Below are positions 57,370-64,000 of a stretch of DNA of 64,000 nt, piece by piece. A model generated the notes under the pieces. The model ran no database searches and was not told where the DNA came from. It worked only from the letters and a program-made list of their open reading frames with translations. Position numbers and translations under genes: made by a program. Every line of letters begins with the position of its first letter. Positions within the stretch are counted from its first letter, which is position 1. This stretch comes from an uncultured virus (IMG/VR IMGVR_UViG_3300047554_000670) (taxonomy: Duplodnaviria; Heunggongvirae; Uroviricota; Caudoviricetes): IMG/VR virus record IMGVR_UViG_3300047554_000670; one strand, 5' to 3'.

Positions 57370-57641
57370 TAAATAACCTCTGCTAAACGTTCCTTAAATT
57401 CTTCTGTCTTAAGATTAACAATCTGATTCATAACATATCTATCCGTAATAGATTTCCGATGTCTACTCGTAGTGTTACTAATCTTAGTGTCTAAAACATA
57501 AAGAATTTGTTCATCTCGCTTAAAGAAAGCAATACAAGTTTCATAACTCATATACAAGAGACAACGATTAAGCTTAATCTGTACTGCCTTATAATCATTA
57601 TCCTTGTAATAACAAGAGCTTAACTCTAACATCATAATCAA
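57369..57641 (-). CDS. Conserved phage hypothetical protein
   Basis: SYETCIA...SNTTSRH motif. Confidence 0.65.
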   Translation of the reverse strand: MIMMLELSSCYYKDNDYKAVQIKLNRCLLYMSYETCIAFFKRDEQILYVLDTKISNTTSRHRKSITDRYVMNQIVNLKTEEFKERLAEVI

Positions 57642-57655
57642 ATATAATCCTCTAT

Positions 57656-57808
57656 TTAATCCTCTAGTACAAAAACTTTATAGTCTGGGGTCGATGTAAT
57701 TGTAAAGTTTATAATATCTAACTCTTCTGCTTGTGATGTTGCTACACTTTGACGATTAGTGTTACAACGAAAGGAAAGTTTCTTATCAATATCATTAATG
57801 TAAAGCAT
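57656..57808 (-). CDS. Small hypothetical protein (50 aa, not in the ORF track)
   Basis: MLYINDIDKK...VFVLED* with GAGGTG RBS; fills the gap in the operon. Confidence 0.55.
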   Translation of the reverse strand: MLYINDIDKKLSFRCNTNRQSVATSQAEELDIINFTITSTPDYKVFVLED

Positions 57809-57820
57809 TACTTACACCTC

Positions 57821-58042
57821 TTATTTAGATTTATTCTGAAAATACAATTTCCACAAATGATTCTGCATCTGTTCATAACCAGACATAATTTCTTTATACT
57901 TAAGTATTAAATCATCATCTAACTCAGCAATTACCCCTGGGATATGTTCTTCTATGTCTGAACCCCAGAAATCAGTATAAACAGAATTTGTATCAAAATC
58001 ATAATCATCTTTGTCATTTATAAAGATATGGATTTTACTCAT
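57821..58042 (-). CDS. Hypothetical protein, paralogue family A (start reassigned to MSKIHI)
   Basis: Similar to the two neighbouring ORFs. Confidence 0.65.
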   Translation of the reverse strand: MSKIHIFINDKDDYDFDTNSVYTDFWGSDIEEHIPGVIAELDDDLILKYKEIMSGYEQMQNHLWKLYFQNKSK

Positions 58043-58256
58043 AAAAATCTCTTTTAGCTTGAAATAGAAAAGATTGCATATCACTATATTCTTTCGTGAT
58101 TTGTCGATACTTTTCTAATAACTCATCACTAACATTAACACTCACACTTCCATGTAAGTCTTCATCATAAGGAACACCCCATTCTTTCTCAAAGTCTTCC
58201 GCTGTCTCAAAATAACAGTAGACAGCATCACTCTCATGAATATAGATTTTAGGCAT
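58035..58256 (-). CDS. Hypothetical protein, paralogue family A (start reassigned to MPKIYI)
   Basis: VSDELLEKYRQITKEYSDMQ similar to LDDDLILKYKEIMSGYEQMQ. Confidence 0.65.
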   Translation of the reverse strand: MPKIYIHESDAVYCYFETAEDFEKEWGVPYDEDLHGSVSVNVSDELLEKYRQITKEYSDMQSFLFQAKRDFYE

Positions 58257-58261
58257 CAAAT

Positions 58262-58495
58262 TCAATCCTTCCAATAAACCTCGTACATTTCCTCTTGCAA
58301 TTGTTTCCACAGGCTAAAAACTTCTTGCCATTTAGCTAATTGTTCTTTAGCCACATGAACATATTTAGTTTCTAGAGTACAACTAATATTTACGGGGTCT
58401 GGGCTAGGGATAAATTCTCCTAGTGTATAGTACCCATCTAATAAAGAGTCACTGTCACTGGTATATCGACGAATAGATACAAAATCATCAAACAT
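58262..58495 (-). CDS. Hypothetical protein, paralogue family A (divergent)
   Basis: VAKEQLAKWQEVFSLWKQLQ C-terminal helix. Confidence 0.6.
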   Translation of the reverse strand: MFDDFVSIRRYTSDSDSLLDGYYTLGEFIPSPDPVNISCTLETKYVHVAKEQLAKWQEVFSLWKQLQEEMYEVYWKD

Positions 58496-58500
58496 AGGAT

Positions 58501-58719
58501 TTACCCAACTAAATGTTTATCATCTTGAAATTCAATAATAAACTCTCTAATTACACCCCATAAAGACCTACCCACGTACATATACCCTTTGTGGTACATA
58601 ACATATATAGGAAAGCGAGATATAACTAGAGAGTCGTCATAATGAAGTTCTACATTAAGCAAACAACGTAGCAAGAAACTTAGCGGCTTGCTGACGATAA
58701 GCTGTATGTCCACCATCAT
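58501..58719 (-). CDS. Hypothetical protein (start uncertain, overlaps the thyX end)
   Basis: Fills an operon gap. Confidence 0.45.
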   Translation of the reverse strand: MMVDIQLIVSKPLSFLLRCLLNVELHYDDSLVISRFPIYVMYHKGYMYVGRSLWGVIREFIIEFQDDKHLVG

Positions 58720-59887
58720 TACTTCTTAACTTATATGTATAATACTGTTTGCTAATCGGGCCTGAAATGTAGATTGGTGTATGGAATCCCATAGGATAAG
58801 AGTATAAATTACTGGGATTAACGAAAGAATATACATGAGCTAACACCTCTTCAATATAATTATTAAACTTAGTATCTACCTTATCATTAACTACAGAGAT
58901 ACCAATATCAATACCTAGTTCAAATAATTGTTCTTTATTACAACCATATTCAATAAAGGGAATGTAGCGTAATAGGGAACGATGACGATTCCAATCTCTA
59001 ATCTGTCCTAAGTCTAGAATTGTTGCCATGTAGTTAGTGCTAAGGGGATTAGCATATAACTCGATGATTCCAGGGACTACATCATAGTGGTGAGGGTAAT
59101 ATGATTGTACTAATTCCAGTAACCCATCTCTATTATGGTCATCCAATCGATACCGTTTGCTTAGTTCTTCAGTAAAAGCTACGTCTTTCTTATAGTCATG
59201 AGGTTCAGTATGACGAACAAGATTAGCTCCTGGAGGACTAACACCCTCAATTTCTTTCGTCAGTAATTCTTCAATAAGATTTCCAATACTTACGAATTCC
59301 TCTAGCTCATCATAACCTTTGAGAAGACTAATAAGCATAGCCCACTCACGTAGGTTAGTGCTAATCCACAAAGAGGTACGAGTACCCATAAGAAGTAGAT
59401 ATCTAATAGAATCATAAGCATCTTTACCATAGGGTTTGGCTCGTTCCAGTACTTCTCTATAGAAGTCTGTATCAGATTTAGTTCCGATAAGACCTTCTGT
59501 ATCCATTTTTTGATATCTTGTACTTCGTTGTGAAGCCCCATAAGTATTAATTTTATTTAACATAAACATAGCTAGTAGCTCACTCACTCCTTCAAAGGAG
59601 ATACCAACTTGAGCAAACTCAGCTACTGAAGAATGCCCGTAGTCAATAGCAATCTTACTTGCTCTCTCAGACATAGATACACTCTTGTCTACAATCTCGT
59701 CTATAATTCCAAGTACATTCTTATCAGAACGTGAATATCGTGCGGCTACAAAACAGAAATCCTCACCTGTAAGACCTTCATTTTCATTCTTTGGGGTAAA
59801 AAATCTCTGAACTCTCTGATTACTTTCGTTCTCTAAACCAACGATACTTAGATTGGGATAAGAAGTCTCAATTACAAAACTTTTCAT
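58655..59887 (-). CDS. thyX: FAD-dependent thymidylate synthase, tandem Thy1-type
   Basis: ARYSRS, YGHSSVAE, SQRSTRY, TNLRE and RDWNRHR motifs. Confidence 0.85.
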   Translation of the reverse strand: MKSFVIETSYPNLSIVGLENESNQRVQRFFTPKNENEGLTGEDFCFVAARYSRSDKNVLGIIDEIVDKSVSMSERASKIAIDYGHSSVAEFAQVGISFEGVSELLAMFMLNKINTYGASQRSTRYQKMDTEGLIGTKSDTDFYREVLERAKPYGKDAYDSIRYLLLMGTRTSLWISTNLREWAMLISLLKGYDELEEFVSIGNLIEELLTKEIEGVSPPGANLVRHTEPHDYKKDVAFTEELSKRYRLDDHNRDGLLELVQSYYPHHYDVVPGIIELYANPLSTNYMATILDLGQIRDWNRHRSLLRYIPFIEYGCNKEQLFELGIDIGISVVNDKVDTKFNNYIEEVLAHVYSFVNPSNLYSYPMGFHTPIYISGPISKQYYTYKLRSNDGGHTAYRQQAAKFLATLFA

Positions 59888-59935
59888 TATTAGGTATATG
59901 TATGTGTAGGTGTTTGATGTAGATGCACCTTGACT

Positions 59936-60412
59936 TTAAGGAACTATAAAATCTTCTGGATTAGACTTAAAGAAATCACTTAACTCTACAATAGGGGTTT
60001 TCCTATCTTTAGCCCAATATCCTTCACATACTCTCTCAAAATCTATATTGTAGAACTTCCGGTATTCTGAACCAAAAGTATAGGTAACCTGTAAGCCTAA
60101 GTAATTCTCACAAAAAATTGTAGTGATATCAAAAATCTCTGCTTTAGTAATAATTGGCTTACGGTTAAGTAGTACGGATACCCACCATTCAGACCCTACG
60201 GTAAAGTAGTCGGGAACGTCATCAATGTAGATAAGAGATTCAATATGTTTAATTGCCTCTTCTTTACTTTCAAAAGCGACTTCAGTATAACTATCCCCTA
60301 ATGCATATACCCAATAGTCTTCTTCATATTGACATAAAGTAAAGTCTCTATTGTTAGACACGAAAGGTTCAGTATAGATAATCTTTTCCCCACGGGCACC
60401 ATACCTATTCAT
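59936..60412 (-). CDS. Hypothetical protein, paralogue family B
   Basis: FESKEEA...FTVGSEWW. Confidence 0.7.
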   Translation of the reverse strand: MNRYGARGEKIIYTEPFVSNNRDFTLCQYEEDYWVYALGDSYTEVAFESKEEAIKHIESLIYIDDVPDYFTVGSEWWVSVLLNRKPIITKAEIFDITTIFCENYLGLQVTYTFGSEYRKFYNIDFERVCEGYWAKDRKTPIVELSDFFKSNPEDFIVP

Positions 60413-60463
60413 AGCGAATAAATTCCTCTGGCTTCAGTTTTGATAACTTTTTCCTTATTCTTA

Positions 60464-60937
60464 TTAGACATCAATGAAATCCTCAATATTTTTTCGTAAA
60501 ATCTCGGTTACATCATTTCCATATGCAGTTCTTGCACTATAGTCTTCACCATATTTGTCTACCCAGCTAATAAGGTTACCTAGATATAAGTGATAAACTT
60601 CATCATCGTCTTCTTCCCACGTATGCCAAGGTACTACGTTAGTAACAGTAACCTTAACAATTTTATTTAAGTTCTTACGATGTGTGTAATAGTACCACTC
60701 TGACCCTACTTGATAAGGATGGTCTACAGGGAGTCGTTTATCAATTACATTCTGACTAGCTTGTTGTGCTGATTCTTCTGTTAGAAATTCATAATCAAGA
60801 AGTTCACCATCAATAACTAATTGGTACCCATCTATAATTTCACTAATATTTTCTACATTACCAATAATTGTTTTAATCTGTTTCTTAATACTAACAATTT
60901 CAATATCTATATAATCTCTAACAATCTCAATACACAT
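60464..60937 (-). CDS. Hypothetical protein, paralogue family B
   Basis: FLTEESA...YQVGSEWY. Confidence 0.7.
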   Translation of the reverse strand: MCIEIVRDYIDIEIVSIKKQIKTIIGNVENISEIIDGYQLVIDGELLDYEFLTEESAQQASQNVIDKRLPVDHPYQVGSEWYYYTHRKNLNKIVKVTVTNVVPWHTWEEDDDEVYHLYLGNLISWVDKYGEDYSARTAYGNDVTEILRKNIEDFIDV

Positions 60938-60950
60938 ATACCTTTACAAC

Positions 60951-61064
60951 TTAAGGGTTAAGAATTAAAGCTAAACCAATTACAGGAACAATAATTAAGC
61001 TCGTAAGAGTTAAAGCGGCTAATAATAGCTTAAGAAATAGCCAGTTATCTTGTTTATTTATCAT
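60951..61064 (-). CDS. Small membrane peptide (37 aa, not in the ORF track)
   Basis: MINKQDNWLFLKLLLAALTLTSLIIVPVIGLALILNP*. Confidence 0.5.
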   Translation of the reverse strand: MINKQDNWLFLKLLLAALTLTSLIIVPVIGLALILNP

Positions 61065-61080
61065 TACTTTACTATCTTGT

Positions 61081-61554
61081 TTATTCATTACCAAATTCCT
61101 TAATTTCTTTTTTCAAATTAGTTCTAATTTCATCATTAATAGAAGTAAGAGAATAGCTACAACCCTCTTTATCTTTAACCACAATTAGCTTACATAGGAA
61201 TATCGGGTCTATGTTATCGTGTAACATGCCATCAGATTCTAGAATCCAAACATTTTCAGTAACTTTTACATGAATAGTTTGTTGGCCATAGTAACGCATA
61301 TACCATTTAGAGCCTAACGTATATTCCTCATAAGTATCACTATCTACTGTGACATTATCAACAGCATACTGTGCATCTTCTAAATTCTTAAAGGTATATA
61401 TAACATCTTCTTCTCCATCATCTAATCCTAGACCATAGAGAACGGAACGTGTAGTTGTCTTAAGATGCTTAAAATCTATACTTTCAAACTCATACAACTG
61501 AGTACTATCTACAATCTTATATAGCTTAACTTTAGGAATCTCATTTACACTCAT
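61081..61554 (-). CDS. Hypothetical protein, paralogue family B
   Basis: FKNLEDA...YTLGSKWY. Confidence 0.7.
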   Translation of the reverse strand: MSVNEIPKVKLYKIVDSTQLYEFESIDFKHLKTTTRSVLYGLGLDDGEEDVIYTFKNLEDAQYAVDNVTVDSDTYEEYTLGSKWYMRYYGQQTIHVKVTENVWILESDGMLHDNIDPIFLCKLIVVKDKEGCSYSLTSINDEIRTNLKKEIKEFGNE

Positions 61555-62269
61555 TAGTTAGTACCTCTATTGCTAAACGTTTAATTGTACCTTTACTTTC
61601 GTTGTTTCTAGCTAACTTAATAGCATTTTCTGTACCCTTACTTTGTCCATCCCATACAGCAATAAAGTAATTGCATAAGTTAACTAGGACTTGATTCCTT
61701 TGCATACCAGCACTTCTACCAAGTTCATTCCACTTTGCAGCTACGGGCACATACATATACTCATTAGCTTCTGCATATTCTCTTAGTACAGCATCCACCC
61801 CTGTACTACAGTCTCCTCCGATAATATATCTCTTAGTAGCTTGTGTATTAAGATTTACTAAATATTTATCTAAAATAGAATAAATCTTATCTTTATCCTT
61901 AATAGTTCTAGAACCTGAAATACAGACTCTAGGAGAATTAGCAAATTCTAAATAAGTATCACAATGACAAGGTTGTGGATTACACCAACATGAGAAACCA
62001 TTAGTTTGGAAAGCTTTACCTAACAACGAAAGATAATTATATCTATCACAGGGCTTATATTTAGAGCTTAATAGAGAAGAATCAACCTCGATAGAACTTC
62101 CTAATAAGATAGCTCTAAAGTACTGATTATGTAAGTTAATAACCTTAGCTCTATTCTCTTCTGTATCTCTAGTTAATTTATAAGGATTACCTAAAGAACT
62201 ACCTCTATCACATCTAAATCCTAAGATAGAATCCTTGTTTCTAAGATTAAAAACTTTATACTCTACCAT
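61541..62269 (-). CDS. DUF4326-like + SLOG (YspA/DUF2493-like) fusion protein
   Basis: RGSSLGNPY...CWCNPQPCHCD, then ISGSR...GVD...AGMQRNQ...AVWDGQSKGT. Confidence 0.75.
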   Translation of the reverse strand: MVEYKVFNLRNKDSILGFRCDRGSSLGNPYKLTRDTEENRAKVINLHNQYFRAILLGSSIEVDSSLLSSKYKPCDRYNYLSLLGKAFQTNGFSCWCNPQPCHCDTYLEFANSPRVCISGSRTIKDKDKIYSILDKYLVNLNTQATKRYIIGGDCSTGVDAVLREYAEANEYMYVPVAAKWNELGRSAGMQRNQVLVNLCNYFIAVWDGQSKGTENAIKLARNNESKGTIKRLAIEVLTNECK

Positions 62270-62294
62270 AAACTATCAATTTCCATATCATAGG

Positions 62295-62489
62295 CTACCA
62301 ATTTCCTAGTAAACAAGATTTAGGAGGTTTAACTCTGCTCTTACTCTCTTTATTACGTCTTCCACAAAGGTCACATTTCTTATTATTCTCTACATAACAT
62401 CTATCACAATAAGAACAAAATCCTTGATATCTACTTCTAGAAGATAGTTTATATTTATAACGATTACGCATAAGTAAATAATTTCTCAC
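62295..62489 (-). CDS. Small Cys-rich (Zn-ribbon-like) protein
   Basis: CSYCD...CDLCG. Confidence 0.55.
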   Translation of the reverse strand: MRNYLLMRNRYKYKLSSRSRYQGFCSYCDRCYVENNKKCDLCGRRNKESKSRVKPPKSCLLGNW

Positions 62490-63156
62490 TAGCTTTCTTA
62501 TACTTACCCTCTTTCTTATTTACCCAAGTGTCAATTTCTCTTTCGTAAATACAGGTAAAATCATCGGGTGCTTCATATTCACTAACGAAGACTTTACAGG
62601 GTAGGTTTCTACACCAATCCCAGAACTCATCATGATTAAACTTAGCTATCTTACTGTATTGAGTTGTGTTCTTATAAGGTGGGTCACAATACACAATTGC
62701 ATTGGAAGGAATAACTAAATCTTTATAATCACAACAAATTAAATCACTTCCTTGTAGTAAAGGAGATTGTTTAACCGCACTATTATATGCTTCGGTAACG
62801 TAATCTCTATTGGATTTATTCCTAGCCCATCCCCCTAAAAACTTAGCACCATAACTATAAGTAAATGAAGCAAAACCCTTATGAGGATAAGCATCACTAT
62901 GTCTAAGCTTTCTATAGTCTTCCTCAGTAAACTCTAAGTTATTCTTAGGAAGTTCATTAACATAATCTCTTATAGAGATAAGAGCTTGGATTGTATAAGG
63001 ATTAGCATCAGAACCAAGTCTAGGATTAGCTACTTGACTAAATACATTAGCCCCTCCTACAAATGGTTCTACCCATACATCATCAGGTTGTCTATAAGCT
63101 AGCATTAGTGGAACTATGTCCTTAACTAATCTAGACTTACTTCCCATATATTTCAT
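62464..63156 (-). CDS. DNA adenine methyltransferase (D12/Dam-like, short form)
   Basis: YMGSK, EPFVGG, YCDPPY, VFVSEY. Confidence 0.9.
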   Translation of the reverse strand: MKYMGSKSRLVKDIVPLMLAYRQPDDVWVEPFVGGANVFSQVANPRLGSDANPYTIQALISIRDYVNELPKNNLEFTEEDYRKLRHSDAYPHKGFASFTYSYGAKFLGGWARNKSNRDYVTEAYNSAVKQSPLLQGSDLICCDYKDLVIPSNAIVYCDPPYKNTTQYSKIAKFNHDEFWDWCRNLPCKVFVSEYEAPDDFTCIYEREIDTWVNKKEGKYKKASEKLFTYA

Positions 63157-63164
63157 ACCTGATA

Positions 63165-63695
63165 CTAGTCTTTATAATTTCTAATAATCACATCATTAAC
63201 CTTAACTCTACTCTCTTTAGTAGCACCAACACAACGAAAGGAAGATAAGTCAATAATCTCATAATCTCTATATAGTTCTCGTATTAAATCAGTTCCTGAG
63301 TTAGTCATTAACCATTTAGCTTTATTTAGACTATGGTTTATCCAATTAAATAATTGAACTTGATCAAATACAGAATCATTCCAGTAAGAGTTAAAGGTTT
63401 GGTCATAAGGAGGGTCTAGGTAGAAGAAGCTACTACTAAGGTCAAACTCTGTATCTACTTGACTATAGCTTGTATTTGTTATTACTAAGTCTACGGAGTT
63501 TAGATAATTATGAATTTTTACTAAGTTATTTACTATAGGGTCAATGTTAGGGGATTGTTTACCGTAAGGAACATTAAACTTACCTTGTTTATTAAATCTA
63601 CAGAGACCGTTATAACCAAAGTTTAAGAGATAAATAAATCTAGCAGATTGTTCTGCTAACTTAGGAAATATATTCTCTTCTAGAGAATTATCCAT
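63165..63695 (-). CDS. dam: Dam-like methyltransferase, C-terminal half of a split gene
   Basis: ARFIYL..GYNGLCRFNKQGKFNVPYG, YLDPPY. Confidence 0.8.
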   Translation of the reverse strand: MDNSLEENIFPKLAEQSARFIYLLNFGYNGLCRFNKQGKFNVPYGKQSPNIDPIVNNLVKIHNYLNSVDLVITNTSYSQVDTEFDLSSSFFYLDPPYDQTFNSYWNDSVFDQVQLFNWINHSLNKAKWLMTNSGTDLIRELYRDYEIIDLSSFRCVGATKESRVKVNDVIIRNYKD

Positions 63696-63999
63696 ACTTA
63701 TTAAAGATATCTCTCTGTTTATAATATTCTTCCTCTGTATTAGATAAAAGAAAGAGACAATCTAACTCATATAGCATTATATGAAGTAGTTCTTTATTCC
63801 TTAAGCATCTCCACAGTAGGTTAACAAAAGAGTTAATGTCATTGAGATAGATATGGTTTGTTGGTTTATATGCAAGAAGTAAACTACCCATGCCTACAAA
63901 GGGTTCATAATAGTTTGTAGGCATAGTAGAAGGGAAGTACCTAATAATGTTGGTAGCTTCCCTTGATTTACCTCCTGTCCATTTACAGGGGGCTTTCAT
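63688..63999 (-). CDS. dam: Dam-like methyltransferase, N-terminal half of a split gene
   Basis: KWTGGKS, YYEPFVGMGS, LNDIN, YYKQRDIFN; out of frame with the C-terminal half. Confidence 0.8.
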   Translation of the reverse strand: MKAPCKWTGGKSREATNIIRYFPSTMPTNYYEPFVGMGSLLLAYKPTNHIYLNDINSFVNLLWRCLRNKELLHIMLYELDCLFLLSNTEEEYYKQRDIFNKYG

Positions 64000-64000
64000 T

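Larger units (their letters stand above)
665..63240. repeat. Dispersed CTTTCGT(T) / (A)ACGAAAG motif, about 59 copies
   Basis: Manual scan: about 30 on +, about 29 on -, 39 of them the full octamer; found in all reading frames and in intergenic DNA. Confidence 0.85.

Noticed and set aside
1..64000. Alternative genetic code (stop-codon reassignment)
   Set aside because: Code-11 ORFs are long, tile the window densely and end in TAA, TAG and TGA; only the dam gene is split, and by a frameshift
1..64000. tRNA/rRNA genes, integrase and lysis cassette
   Set aside because: None recognised by eye; intergenic gaps are short. A tRNAscan run would be needed to exclude tRNAs formally

Overview
The window is part of an AT-rich (roughly 35% GC by eye) tailed dsDNA phage genome, most likely a large siphovirus; the host cannot be fixed from this window. 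Positions 1-56.4 kb hold the virion module: TerL, a giant MuF-domain protein, a Mu-like prohead protease, an acidic scaffold, a decoration protein, a lambda-E-type major capsid protein, head-tail genes, tail tube, frameshifted chaperones, a 3143-aa tape measure, tail tip/fibre genes and a displaced DUF935-type portal. Positions 56.4-64 kb hold a minus-strand block of small genes, ThyX and two adenine methylases. Three patterns stand out. (1) About 16 basic proteins interleaved with the structural genes are built from shared modules: an 'IGLIEF'/xEF|A motif also found in the scaffold, short DNA-binding tags, Gly-rich hydrophobic helices and, in some, ART-like, JAB-like or hydrolase-like domains. 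This suggests a capsid-packaged, protease-matured cargo system. (2) At least 7 genes are followed by tandem 24-30 nt echoes of their own last codons and stop, differing mostly at synonymous sites. (3) The heptamer CTTTCGT/ACGAAAG is strongly over-represented (about 59 copies by manual scan) and spaced about every 2 kb on each strand. All product calls rest on motif recognition and synteny; no database searches were run.
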